A stretch of DNA of 64,000 bases from Rhodothermales bacterium (GTDB taxonomy: Bacteria; Bacteroidota; Rhodothermia; Rhodothermales; VXPQ01), in assembly GCA_040904565.1 (NCBI GenBank), contig JBBDTI010000072.1, positions 1-64,000 of the forward strand. The letters run 5' to 3'. The notes under the pieces were generated by a model. That model saw nothing but the letters and a program-made list of their open reading frames with translations. It was not told the DNA's origin and ran no database searches. Shown piece after piece: positions 45,564-55,256 of the stretch (position 1 is its first letter; each line of letters begins with the position of its first letter). The position numbers were made by a program, and so were the translations under genes.

Positions 45564-46034
45564 GTGAACCTCCGATCTTACACCCTCCTCGCCTGCATCG
45601 TCGGGCTTGCCTTCGTCCTTACGTCGTGCGATACCACCGAACCTGAAACAAGGCGCATCCTGATACCTCGCGAGGTTCAAAGCTCTCAGTACACGACGAC
45701 CGAGAGCGGCCTGAAATACTACGACTTTATCGTTGGTGAGGGCGCCGAAGCCGGCGAGGACAGTCGCGTAACGGTTAATTTCGCCGCGTGGCTGTCCGAC
45801 CAGTCGCTGCTGTCGAACACGTTCGACGGGGACAACCCGCTCACCGTTGATCTCGCCTCCGAAAACATTGTGGAAGGATGGTCCGAGGGCGTACCCGGCA
45901 TGCGCGTTGGCGGACAGCGGCAGCTCGTCGTTCCACCGAGTCTGGCCTACGGTGAAGACGGCTATCCCGAGGGCGGAATACCCGCCAACGCGACCATCAC
46001 GTACGAGATCGAGCTGCTCGAGGTAGAAGAGTAG
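45564..46034 (+). CDS. FKBP-type peptidyl-prolyl isomerase lipoprotein
   Basis: TESGLKYYD, GWSEGVPGMRVGGQRQLVVPPSLAYG, IPANATITYEIEL; lipobox LTSC; probable GTG start. Confidence 0.9.
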   Translation: MNLRSYTLLACIVGLAFVLTSCDTTEPETRRILIPREVQSSQYTTTESGLKYYDFIVGEGAEAGEDSRVTVNFAAWLSDQSLLSNTFDGDNPLTVDLASENIVEGWSEGVPGMRVGGQRQLVVPPSLAYGEDGYPEGGIPANATITYEIELLEVEE

Positions 46035-46265
46035 TCCACCCCATCGACGTACGGCAGGCCGCTATCCACGATGATCCGTATATCGTGGGGAACGACAACC
46101 GCCGGCTGTTGTCCATGCGGCGCATGGAAGCCGACACGGCCGATGCACCAGCCTACGTGACGTTCTGCTGATGGTCCACTATCTTGGAGCCCATCGTTTT
46201 ACCCCGCCCGTCTGGCCGGCACGCCCGGCCGGCGCCGGATCAATCCTTTCATTCCGACCATCCCT

Positions 46266-47282
46266 ATGCTTGATACAAGTATCATCGGTAGCTATGCCTG
46301 GCCTTCCTGGTTCATCACGAGTGTGGAAGCCATAAGGCAAAGGCGCTATGGCCGAAACGATATCGAAGAAACGCTTAACGACGCCGTAGACATTGCGATC
46401 AGAGACCAGGAAGACGCCGGAATAGATATCGTGTCGGATGGAGAGATGAGGCGGCTCGGCTTCTTTACGGCCGACTTCTACGCGCGCCTCGACGGGCTCG
46501 GCGACCTGCGGCCCAGCCGCAGGCGCATCGGACCGGCCGGCCACGACCAGCGTGAACGGTATGAGGCCGTCGATCCGATCACGGCCCCCGACGGACTCGG
46601 GCTCGTCGCCGAGTTTGAGTACGTTCGCACCCGGACGACGCACGCCATAAAAATGCCCTGCCCGGGCCCGTTTACGCTGGCCGGACGCATCAAGGTACCC
46701 GGGACGCATTATCGCGACCGGATGGAGGTGGCACACGCCTTTTCGGACATCATCAATGAGGAACTCAAGCAGCTCGTGGATGCGGGCGTCGATTTCATCC
46801 AGCTGGACGAACCGTCGTACGCCGTCCATCCGGATGCACCCTCCGAGTTCGTCGAGCTCTTCAATCGGACCGTGCGGGGCGTCGAGGCGCGCATCGGCAT
46901 CCACCTTTGCTTCGGCAACTTTGTCGGACGCCCCGTGGCACATCGGACCTACGCTCCCCTCTTTCCCTACATTCTCGATATAGACGCCGACGAACTGGCC
47001 ATGGAATTCGCCAATCGGGAGCTGGCTGAAATCGATCTGACGGCCCGCGTCCAGGAAGCGGGTAAGACCGTCGCGGCCGGACTCGTAGACGTGAAAAATT
47101 ATTTCATCGAGCCGCCGGAGCTCGTTGCGACGCGTATACGCAAGGTCCTCGAGTACGTGGCGCCGGATAACCTGGTCGTGACGCCGGACTGCGGCTTCAG
47201 CCAGACCGCACGCTGGGCCGCGCGCGCCAAGCTCAGAAGCCTCGTCGACGGCACGCAAATCGTGCGGGACGAGCTGGCCTAG
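46266..47282 (+). CDS. Cobalamin-independent methionine synthase II family (single-domain MetE-like)
   Basis: IIGSY, SDGEMRR, IQLDEP, Zn ligands HLCFGN, MEFAN, PDCGF. Confidence 0.9.
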   Translation: MLDTSIIGSYAWPSWFITSVEAIRQRRYGRNDIEETLNDAVDIAIRDQEDAGIDIVSDGEMRRLGFFTADFYARLDGLGDLRPSRRRIGPAGHDQRERYEAVDPITAPDGLGLVAEFEYVRTRTTHAIKMPCPGPFTLAGRIKVPGTHYRDRMEVAHAFSDIINEELKQLVDAGVDFIQLDEPSYAVHPDAPSEFVELFNRTVRGVEARIGIHLCFGNFVGRPVAHRTYAPLFPYILDIDADELAMEFANRELAEIDLTARVQEAGKTVAAGLVDVKNYFIEPPELVATRIRKVLEYVAPDNLVVTPDCGFSQTARWAARAKLRSLVDGTQIVRDELA

Positions 47283-47384
47283 CGCCTCCTGGACCGCGTC
47301 CGCGCAACTGCCTGCGCAGTTACCCGCGCAGTTATCCGCGCATGTGACGGTATCCGCTTCCCGGCCGGCGGGGTTGCGGCACCT

Positions 47385-48236
47385 TTAAAGATCGCAGCTC
47401 CACCGGCCGCCGGACTGCAGGCGAACCGCCCGCTGGCCTATTTGCCGGCCCGCTTCGAAGAACGGCTCCGGGGATGAGGTGTTGAACTCGAACATCTCGT
47501 AATGGCACGGAATGGCGACCCCGGCACCGAGATCTTTCGCGAGCTGCGCCGCTTCGGGCCCGGAAAAGTTGCCCGGGACCCCACGGCTTGGATCACTCCC
47601 GTTTATGGGAAGGATGCAGACGTCGATGTCAAAAGGATCAAGCCGCTCGACCATCCCGTCGTAGCGGACCGTGTCGCCGCTGAAGTAGACGGTCCACCCA
47701 TCGAACGTCACGACGTACCCGAGATGCGTGTGCCGCCCTTCCTCGTCCGTTTCCAGGTCCTCGTGCGCGGCAGGCACGGCCGCGAATTCGAATCCGGCCA
47801 CGGTGGCGGACGCACCGTCTACCAGTCCAATCGGATACGCCGGGTCGCAGTCCAACCGATTCGCAGCAAAGGCCCTGTTCGCCTCCGGAATGATAAGAGG
47901 CAACCCTTCATTGACCTCCATCAACGGACCCAGCGTCTCGGCATCCAGATGGTCGGTGTGATTGTGCGTGGAGGTCACGACGTCGATAAAATCGAGCTTT
48001 TCCGGCGCGATCACACGCTCGGTCATGCGGACGTGGGGCTTCTCCGTCCCGGCATATTTTCTCGTAAGGGAGTCGGACAGATAGGGATCGAACAGCAGGT
48101 GCCGCCCGTCCGTCTGGAGCAGAAAACCGCTCTGGCCCAGCCACCAGATATGGAAGGGCTCGGGCCGGCTTCGAGCGGCGCGGACGTCGTCCAGGAAGGC
48201 GCTGCCGGATCGTTCAGGTTGTATCATGAGATTCAT
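47385..48236 (-). CDS. MBL-fold metallo-hydrolase (UlaG-like)
   Basis: WWLGQSGF, DPYLS, THNHTDHLD, YFSGDT, IPCHY. Confidence 0.9.
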   Translation of the reverse strand: MNLMIQPERSGSAFLDDVRAARSRPEPFHIWWLGQSGFLLQTDGRHLLFDPYLSDSLTRKYAGTEKPHVRMTERVIAPEKLDFIDVVTSTHNHTDHLDAETLGPLMEVNEGLPLIIPEANRAFAANRLDCDPAYPIGLVDGASATVAGFEFAAVPAAHEDLETDEEGRHTHLGYVVTFDGWTVYFSGDTVRYDGMVERLDPFDIDVCILPINGSDPSRGVPGNFSGPEAAQLAKDLGAGVAIPCHYEMFEFNTSSPEPFFEAGRQIGQRAVRLQSGGRWSCDL

Positions 48237-48309
48237 CGTTACTATCACCGGTGACAACATTTTTGTCCTGAGTGTGGTATCTACTACGCCGTACCACACT
48301 GCCATCAAC

Positions 48310-49476
48310 ATGCCATCCTACATGCATCCGTCAAACTCGTTCGCCGCAATCATGATTTCCATGCTCTTCCTTGCCGCGTGTGCCGACTCATCGGAAGATG
48401 AGGGACCAAACGCCGCGTCGACCATTCGAACCGCTCCGTTCGGAGACGTCGACGGGCAGTCCGTCTCTCTGTTCACCATGACGAACGCGGGAGGTATGGA
48501 GATGAGCGTTACCAATTACGGCGGCATCATCACGCACCTGCGCGTACCTGATGCGTCCGGCCAGGTCGACGACGTCGTCCTCGGTTACGACTCGATCGAT
48601 GGATACCTCGAATCGTCGCCCTATTTCGGCGCGATCGTCGGACGGTACGGCAATCGAATCGGTGGAGCGGAGTTCACGCTCGACGGCGAGACCTACACGC
48701 TGGCGGCCAATAACGGCCCCAACCATCTGCACGGCGGCATCCAGGGCTTTGACAAGGTCGTGTGGTCGGCCGAACCGTTCGAGGCGGCGGACCGCCGCGG
48801 CATCGCTCTCTCCTACACGAGTCCGGACGGCGAGGAAGGCTATCCCGGCACCTTAGAGATCCACGTCAGCTACACGCTGACCGACGAGAACGAACTGCTC
48901 GTCGACTACCACGCCACGACGGACGCCGCGACGCCGATCAACCTTACGCAGCATAGCTATTTCAACCTGGCGGGCATCGGATCGGGAGATATCCTGGACC
49001 ACGTCCTGACCCTCAACGCGGATCGATTCACGCCGGTCGACGAGACGCTCATCCCGACGGGGGAGCTGCGGCCCGTAACCGGCACCCCGTTCGACTTTAC
49101 CGAACCGACGCCGATCGGAGAGCGCATCGAGGCGGACAACCGGCAGCTGGAGATCGCCGGGGGATACGACCATAACTTCGTCCTCAACGGTTCACCGGGT
49201 GAGCTTCGCCTCGCCGGCCGCGTGCTCGAACCCGCCAGCGGCCGCGTGATGGAGGTGCACACGACGGAGCCCGGCGTACAGTTCTACACCGGCAACTTCC
49301 TGGATGGATCGATCACCGGCAAAGGCGTCACGTACGAACGCCGGAACGGTTTCTGCCTCGAGACGCAGCATTTTCCCGACTCGCCGAACATAGAGAGCTT
49401 TCCATCGACGATCCTTCGGCCGAGGGAGGACTATCAGACGCGCACCGTCTTCCGCTTCAGTTCGACCGACGCGTAA
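48310..49476 (+). CDS. galM: Aldose 1-epimerase (mutarotase), lipoprotein
   Basis: VGRYGNRI, NHLHGG, GEEGYPG, NLTQHSYFNL, GYDHNF, FCLETQHFPDSPN. Confidence 0.94.
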   Translation: MPSYMHPSNSFAAIMISMLFLAACADSSEDEGPNAASTIRTAPFGDVDGQSVSLFTMTNAGGMEMSVTNYGGIITHLRVPDASGQVDDVVLGYDSIDGYLESSPYFGAIVGRYGNRIGGAEFTLDGETYTLAANNGPNHLHGGIQGFDKVVWSAEPFEAADRRGIALSYTSPDGEEGYPGTLEIHVSYTLTDENELLVDYHATTDAATPINLTQHSYFNLAGIGSGDILDHVLTLNADRFTPVDETLIPTGELRPVTGTPFDFTEPTPIGERIEADNRQLEIAGGYDHNFVLNGSPGELRLAGRVLEPASGRVMEVHTTEPGVQFYTGNFLDGSITGKGVTYERRNGFCLETQHFPDSPNIESFPSTILRPREDYQTRTVFRFSSTDA

Positions 49477-49504
49477 CCTATCCCTCCAGAGACGTGTACG
49501 AACC

Positions 49505-50044
49505 ATGAAGACTTCCCTTCAGAAGGCCACGATCGGAGGCGGTTGCTTCTGGTGCATCGAGGCCGTCTTGGAGCGCCTGCGCGGCGTGGAGTCCGTCGTC
49601 TCCGGCTATGCCGGCGGCCACGTTCCGAACCCGACCTACGAGCAGGTCTGCACCGGCGCAACGGGGCACGCTGAAGTCGTCCAGATCACCTTCAATCCGT
49701 CCGAGATCACGTATCGGGAGGTGCTGGAGATCTTCTTCACGATGCACGACCCGACGACGATGAACCGCCAGGGTGCCGACGTGGGTACGCAGTACCGGTC
49801 CATCATCCTCTACCACGACGACGAGCAGCGAGAGACCGCGGAGGCCGTCGTCGAGGCCTTCGAGGAGGAAGGCGTGTGGAACGATCCGATCGTTACGGAG
49901 ATCGAGCCGCTGGATGCGTTTTATCCCGCCGAAGCCCACCACCAGGAATATTATCGCAATCACACGTCGCAGCCCTACTGCCAGGCCGTGATCGCTCCAA
50001 AGATCGCAAAGCTGCGGAAGACGTACGTCGATCGGCTCAAGTAG
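49505..50044 (+). CDS. msrA: Peptide-methionine (S)-S-oxide reductase
   Basis: GGGCFWC, SGYAGG, TGHAEVV, RQGADVGTQYRS, AEAHHQEYY, QPYC. Confidence 0.96.
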   Translation: MKTSLQKATIGGGCFWCIEAVLERLRGVESVVSGYAGGHVPNPTYEQVCTGATGHAEVVQITFNPSEITYREVLEIFFTMHDPTTMNRQGADVGTQYRSIILYHDDEQRETAEAVVEAFEEEGVWNDPIVTEIEPLDAFYPAEAHHQEYYRNHTSQPYCQAVIAPKIAKLRKTYVDRLK

Positions 50045-50055
50045 ATGCCTGCGCC

Positions 50056-50340
50056 ATGATCACGCTGTATCGCAAACCGAACGATGCGACGTCGGACGAC
50101 ATCGTATCTTCGCTCGAGGGTCTCGTCCTCGCGCATCGCGTCGTCGAGGTCAATGCCGGACGGACGGGCGACGTTCCGTCCGACCGATCCCTGCCCGTTC
50201 TCGTCGAAGGTGACGACGTCTATTCGGGAGAAGAGATCGCGCAGTTCCTGGAACGGCGTGCCGTGCGTCTCCAGATTTCCCGGCAGATGTCGGCCGACGC
50301 GTGCTTTCTTGATCCCGACGACCCGGATCACTGCATCTAG
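50056..50340 (+). CDS. Small glutaredoxin/GST-N-like protein with C-terminal Cys pair
   Basis: MITLYR..., SLPVLVEG (cis-Pro-like), no N-terminal CxxC, ends DACFLDPDDPDHCI; 11 nt after msrA. Confidence 0.7.
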   Translation: MITLYRKPNDATSDDIVSSLEGLVLAHRVVEVNAGRTGDVPSDRSLPVLVEGDDVYSGEEIAQFLERRAVRLQISRQMSADACFLDPDDPDHCI

Positions 50341-50437
50341 CCGATCTCATGATGCCGCCCCGTGAAATGGCCGGCAGGTCCCTTGTAGCCGCCCCACGCG
50401 ACGGGCACCCCATCGCCGCATAAAGAGTGAGAGCCTG

Positions 50438-51577
50438 CTAGCTCGAAACCTTTCGGTACTGCTTGACGGCCAGCGTAAGGCTTACGACGGCAAACGCACC
50501 AAGCGCCGCAGCCTGCATCGCTACGGCCTCGATGCCGGCCCCTTTCAGCAACACGCGCCGCATGATCTTGATGAAGTGCGCAATCGGATTCAGCTCCGTC
50601 AGCCACTGTGCCCACATCGGCATGCTCTCTATCGGCGTGAAGAGACCGCTCATGAGGATGCACACGACGAGGATGAACCACGCGATGAACATTGCCTGCT
50701 GCTGCGTCTCGGTCACCGTCGAAATCCACAGTCCGAGCCCGAGCATGGCGAGCAGGTAGATCGCCGCCAGCGCGAAAATCAGCGCCAGGCTGCCTTCGAG
50801 CGGGATCCGAAAGACGAGCCACGCCACGAGAAGACCGAAAGCCAGCTCGAACAGCGCGATGATCCAGAACGGAAAGAGCTTTCCGGCAATCAACTGCCCC
50901 TTTCGAATCGGCGTCACGTTCAGCTGCTCGATCGTGCCGATCTCCTTCTCGCGTACGACGTTCATGGCCGAAAGAAAGGTGCCGATCATCGTGACGAGGA
51001 TCACGAGGATGCCCGGAACCATGTATGTCTGGTAGTCGAGACGCGGGTTGTACCAGTGCATCGGGCGAACGATGATGCGGCCCGGCCCGACAGGCGTCGC
51101 CGCCGCGTCGCCCCCGCGCGACACCAGGCCTTGCACGCGGATCGCCGACCGATCCTCATTGAAGTCCGCCACGATGCGCGACAGATACGCCTGGACGACA
51201 CCCGCCGTCGCGCCGTCCTGGGCGTTGACGACGATCTGAAGAGTGTGATCGGTGGATTCATCCGCGAGGCCACGCGGCATGTGGAAGATTACGTCGACGC
51301 GGCCCGACTGCATGGCCTCATCCGCCTTCCTCGCCGACGTGGTGGTCTCGCGGACGGAAAAATACCCCGACGCTTCCATCCGGCGGACGAGCTCGCGGCC
51401 CACCGGATCGAGATCCTCCACGACCAGTGCGACGGGCGTTTGCTTCACCTCGAACGTGGCGGCGAAGGCGAGCACGAGCAGCTGCACGATGGGCATCACA
51501 AAGATGATCGGCAGCATGGCCCGGTTCCTGAATATCTGGCGGAACTCCTTGCGGAGCAGTACGAGGATCGTCTGCAT
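50438..51577 (-). CDS. ABC-2 type permease (YbhR-like)
   Basis: KEFRQIFR, YNP..YMVPGI, REKEIGTIEQLNVTPI, SGLFTPIESMP. Confidence 0.92.
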   Translation of the reverse strand: MQTILVLLRKEFRQIFRNRAMLPIIFVMPIVQLLVLAFAATFEVKQTPVALVVEDLDPVGRELVRRMEASGYFSVRETTTSARKADEAMQSGRVDVIFHMPRGLADESTDHTLQIVVNAQDGATAGVVQAYLSRIVADFNEDRSAIRVQGLVSRGGDAAATPVGPGRIIVRPMHWYNPRLDYQTYMVPGILVILVTMIGTFLSAMNVVREKEIGTIEQLNVTPIRKGQLIAGKLFPFWIIALFELAFGLLVAWLVFRIPLEGSLALIFALAAIYLLAMLGLGLWISTVTETQQQAMFIAWFILVVCILMSGLFTPIESMPMWAQWLTELNPIAHFIKIMRRVLLKGAGIEAVAMQAAALGAFAVVSLTLAVKQYRKVSS

Positions 51578-51578
51578 G

Positions 51579-52712
51579 CTATTCGAGCCGTATGCTGAAA
51601 CTGCGCACAGCCACCGTCATGAAGACCGCCGTCATGCCGACCAGCACGAGCGTCTCCATCCACACGACCTCGAGACCGATTCCGCGAATCATGATGCCCC
51701 GAACCACGATCAGAAACCATTTGGCCGGAATGAGGTGGCTGAACAGCTGCAGCGCCTCCGGCATGCTCGAGATTGGGAAAATGAAACCGGACAGCAGGAC
51801 GGTCGGCATGAGCAGTCCGGCCAGCGCGATCATCGTGGCCGTTTGCATGGAACGGCTGCGCGCGGAGATGAGCATGCCGAGCGACAGCGCGCAGAGGATG
51901 AAGAGCAGGCACTCCGCCAGTAGAAGCGCCAGGCTGCCTCGCACGGGCACGTGGAAAAGCGCAACGGCCAGCACCAGAATCGTGGCCACATTGACCAGGG
52001 AGAGCGCCAGGTAGGGCAGCACTTTCCCCGCGATGATCTGGAGCGGGTGAAGCGGGGAGACGAGCAGAACCTCCATCGTGCCGGTCTCCCGCTCGCGGGT
52101 AATGGTGATCGACGTCATGAGCGCGCATACGAGCATCAATATGACGGCGATCAATCCCGGAACGAACAGGTACGCGCTCTCGAGATCGGGGTTGTAGCGC
52201 ATCCTGACGGAGGGTACCACGCGCCCGGTTCCATCCGAACCGTCCGCCGCGACGATCATTCCCCGCTCCAACGCCTGCTCGGACTGCACGTCGTTCAGGA
52301 CGGCCGTCGTGTATGCCAGCACGGTGCTGGCAGCATTCGGATTCGTCGCGTCGGTAATAACCTGCACGTGAGCCTCACCCCGTCGAAGCCGCCTGGCAAA
52401 GTCCGGCTCGAACGCGAGTGCCGCAAGGGCATCACCCCTCTCGAAAGCTGCCTCCACGTTACGACGCCCGGCGCCGAATTCGACCACGTCGAAATAGCCC
52501 GATGCGCGGAGCCTGTCCACAACGCCGTCCGTCGCCTCGTCGCGGGACGCGTCCACTACCAGGAGCGGCACGTCGTCGATTTCATTGCGGATGGCGAAAC
52601 CGAAGAGCGCCATCATGATCAGCGGCATCCCGAAGAGCACGGCCAGCGTGCGGCGATCACGCAGAATGTGGTAGAACTCCTTACGAACGAAGCCGAAGAA
52701 GATGCGCCTCAT
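51579..52712 (-). CDS. ABC-2 type permease (YbhS-like)
   Basis: KEFYHILRDRR, YNPDL..FVPGL, RERETGTMEVLLVSP, LSGFIFPISSMP. Confidence 0.92.
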   Translation of the reverse strand: MRRIFFGFVRKEFYHILRDRRTLAVLFGMPLIMMALFGFAIRNEIDDVPLLVVDASRDEATDGVVDRLRASGYFDVVEFGAGRRNVEAAFERGDALAALAFEPDFARRLRRGEAHVQVITDATNPNAASTVLAYTTAVLNDVQSEQALERGMIVAADGSDGTGRVVPSVRMRYNPDLESAYLFVPGLIAVILMLVCALMTSITITRERETGTMEVLLVSPLHPLQIIAGKVLPYLALSLVNVATILVLAVALFHVPVRGSLALLLAECLLFILCALSLGMLISARSRSMQTATMIALAGLLMPTVLLSGFIFPISSMPEALQLFSHLIPAKWFLIVVRGIMIRGIGLEVVWMETLVLVGMTAVFMTVAVRSFSIRLE

Positions 52713-53437
52713 GCTTCCCCCCGCGCCAGGCGAACGAACACGTCGTTCATCGTTGCCACCCCGTAGCGACCTTTCAGCTCGGCCGGTGAGCCAAGCGCGA
52801 CGATGCGGCCGTCCACCATCATCGAGATGCGATCGCAATACTCGGCTTCATCCATATAATGGGTCGTCACGAATACCGTGACTCCGGCATCCGCCGCCTC
52901 GTAGATTTGCTGCCAGAACTGGCGGCGCGTGATGGGGTCGACGCCGGCCGTCGGCTCGTCCAGGAACACGATCGCAGGATCGTGCAGCAGGGCGACGGAG
53001 AAGGCGAGCTTTTGCTTCCATCCGAGAGGGAGCGTAACGATGCGCGTATCGGCGGCATCTCGAAGCCCGAGGCGATCGATCAGGTCCGCCGACCGATCCC
53101 GCAGCGCGGCCTTGCGCAGGCCGTAGACCCCGCCGTAAAAACGGATGTTCTCACGAACGGTAAGGTCCTCGTAGAGCGAGAACCGCTGGCTCATATAGCC
53201 GATGTTCTTCTTGATCTGCTCCGTCTGGCGATATACGTCGAAGCCGGCGACGGTCGCCTCACCCTCCGTGGGAGTGAGCAGACCCGTGAGCATACGTATC
53301 GCCGTCGTTTTACCCGCTCCGTTGGCCCCAAGAAAGCCGAAGATTTCCCCGCGACCTACCTCGATCGACACGGCGTCGACAGCCGTAAAGTCGCCGAATC
53401 GCCGTGTCAGGCCACGTGTCTCGATGACGTGATTCAT
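52709..53437 (-). CDS. ABC transporter ATP-binding protein
   Basis: GANGAGKT, LPLGWKQKL, FLDEPT, TTHYMDEA. Confidence 0.92.
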   Translation of the reverse strand: MNHVIETRGLTRRFGDFTAVDAVSIEVGRGEIFGFLGANGAGKTTAIRMLTGLLTPTEGEATVAGFDVYRQTEQIKKNIGYMSQRFSLYEDLTVRENIRFYGGVYGLRKAALRDRSADLIDRLGLRDAADTRIVTLPLGWKQKLAFSVALLHDPAIVFLDEPTAGVDPITRRQFWQQIYEAADAGVTVFVTTHYMDEAEYCDRISMMVDGRIVALGSPAELKGRYGVATMNDVFVRLARGEA

Positions 53438-54354
53438 CCGGTCGTCTGCATCCGTTCCATGAAGACGTCCTCGATCGTCGGTTCGATCTGCTCGACCGTC
53501 ACGCCCTGAAGCCCGCGCGCTTCCAGGTAGCCGGTCATCGATGCCGGGCTCGGGCCGGGAGCACTGACGGCGACGTGGACCGCGTCGCCAAAGGGATGCA
53601 CGCTGTGCGTCTTCGGGTGGGCGCGCAGTGCAGCCATCAGCTCGTTCCTGGATCGCCCGCGAACGCCGTACAGCGGGCGCTCGAACGAAGCAGCGATGGC
53701 CTGGGGACGGTCGACGCCCAGGAGGGATCCGTTCTGCATCAGGGCGACCCGGTCGCACTGCACGGCTTCGTCCATATACGCCGTCGATACGAGGATCGTG
53801 ACGCCGGTTGATTGGACCGCGGAGAGATTTTGCCAGAACTCGCTCCGGGAAACGGCGTCGACGCCGGTCGTAGGCTCGTCCAGCACGAGAACTTTCGGGC
53901 GATGGATGAGGGCGCACGACAGGGCCAGCTTCTGCTTCATACCGCCGGAAAGTGCACCGGCGCGGCGCTTGCGGAAGGGCTCGAGCGGCTCATATACCGG
54001 GCGGATCCACTCGTAATTCGCGTCGATCGTCGTGCCAAAGACGCGGGCAAAGAATGCCAGATTTTCCTCTACCGAGAGATCCTGATACAATGAAAATTGT
54101 CCCGGCATGTAGCCGAGGCGCGTGCGAAGCATCCGGTAATCGTCGACGACGTCGAGGCCGTCGACGCGCGCCGTACCACCGTCGGGCACGAGCAGCGTAA
54201 CCAGCATCCGGAACAGGGTCGTCTTTCCGGCACCGTCCGGGCCGATCACGCCGAACAGCTCCTCTTTCTCGACGTCGAGACTCAGGCCCGCAACGGCCTC
54301 CATGGCACCGAACGTCTTCCGTACGTTTCGGACTTCGATGGCCGGCACGGTCAT
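53434..54354 (-). CDS. ABC transporter ATP-binding protein
   Basis: GPDGAGKT, LSGGMKQKL, VLDEPT. Confidence 0.92.
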   Translation of the reverse strand: MTVPAIEVRNVRKTFGAMEAVAGLSLDVEKEELFGVIGPDGAGKTTLFRMLVTLLVPDGGTARVDGLDVVDDYRMLRTRLGYMPGQFSLYQDLSVEENLAFFARVFGTTIDANYEWIRPVYEPLEPFRKRRAGALSGGMKQKLALSCALIHRPKVLVLDEPTTGVDAVSRSEFWQNLSAVQSTGVTILVSTAYMDEAVQCDRVALMQNGSLLGVDRPQAIAASFERPLYGVRGRSRNELMAALRAHPKTHSVHPFGDAVHVAVSAPGPSPASMTGYLEARGLQGVTVEQIEPTIEDVFMERMQTTG

Positions 54355-55256
54355 CCCTCCTCCGTCGCGTTGAGGAAACGGACTTCCCCCGGCATCCCGA
54401 TTTTCAGGAGTCCGTCCGGGTTCGGCACGCGCACCTCGACGGCATAGACGAGATCGACGCGTGCTTCCCTGGTCTGGATCAGACGAGGTGTAAACTCAGC
54501 CTCGGAAGCGATACGGGCGACCGTGCCGGGAAGCGTGCGCAGCGCGCCTTCCGGTCCATCTACGACGACGTCGACGGGCATGCCCAGCCGCACGTCCGGG
54601 AGCTGTGCGCCACTGACGAAGGCCTTGAGCACGAGGGTATCCAGCCGAGCGATCGTGTACAGCGGGCGTCCCGGTGCGGCCAGCTCGTGCGCTTCGGCGA
54701 ACGAGGAGATGACCGTACCGTCGATCGGATTCCTGACGACGTGTCGATCGAGTTGTTCTTCGAGCTGCGCCAGCTGCGCATCGATCGCCTCCGACTCGCG
54801 TTCGATCGTGGAAATCCGGGTGCGAACGCCCGCTATCTCCCGGTCGATTACGCGTATGCGATCGTCGACCTCGTCGAGTTGCTGGCGGGCCGCGGCGTCG
54901 TCCTCTACCAGACGGGCGATGCGTTCGCGATCTCGCAACGCGATTCCACGCTTTTCTTCCAGCACGTCGATCCGCGAAAGCACGCCGTCGATGCGGGAAC
55001 GCACGACGCGGCCGCGTGCCCGCAGCGTCGCGCGCTCCAGTACGAGTCCGGCTGTGTCGACTACGGCTGCGACGCGTCCGGCCGCCAGGCGCTCACCCTC
55101 GCGCACGGTGTAGGTGACGAGCCTTCCGCCGGTCTCGGCCGAGATCGTCGTCTGATCGGCCTCGAAATTACCGTACGCGTCCGACGGAGGCTCCTTTATA
55201 CCACAGGCTGCAAGCGTGGGCAGCAGTATGATGACGATGACTCTAGCGATACTCAT
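54351..55256 (-). CDS. HlyD family periplasmic adaptor (YbhG-like)
   Basis: Lipobox LAAC, DAYGNFEA, coiled coil, AEFTPRLIQT..R..LVYAV, LKIGMPGEV. Confidence 0.9.
   Translation of the reverse strand: MSIARVIVIILLPTLAACGIKEPPSDAYGNFEADQTTISAETGGRLVTYTVREGERLAAGRVAAVVDTAGLVLERATLRARGRVVRSRIDGVLSRIDVLEEKRGIALRDRERIARLVEDDAAARQQLDEVDDRIRVIDREIAGVRTRISTIERESEAIDAQLAQLEEQLDRHVVRNPIDGTVISSFAEAHELAAPGRPLYTIARLDTLVLKAFVSGAQLPDVRLGMPVDVVVDGPEGALRTLPGTVARIASEAEFTPRLIQTREARVDLVYAVEVRVPNPDGLLKIGMPGEVRFLNATEEG

Noticed and set aside
46035-46265. SAM or cobalamin riboswitch upstream of the MetE-like gene
   Set aside because: Only short hairpins; the conserved SAM-I core and B12-box sequences were not found by eye.
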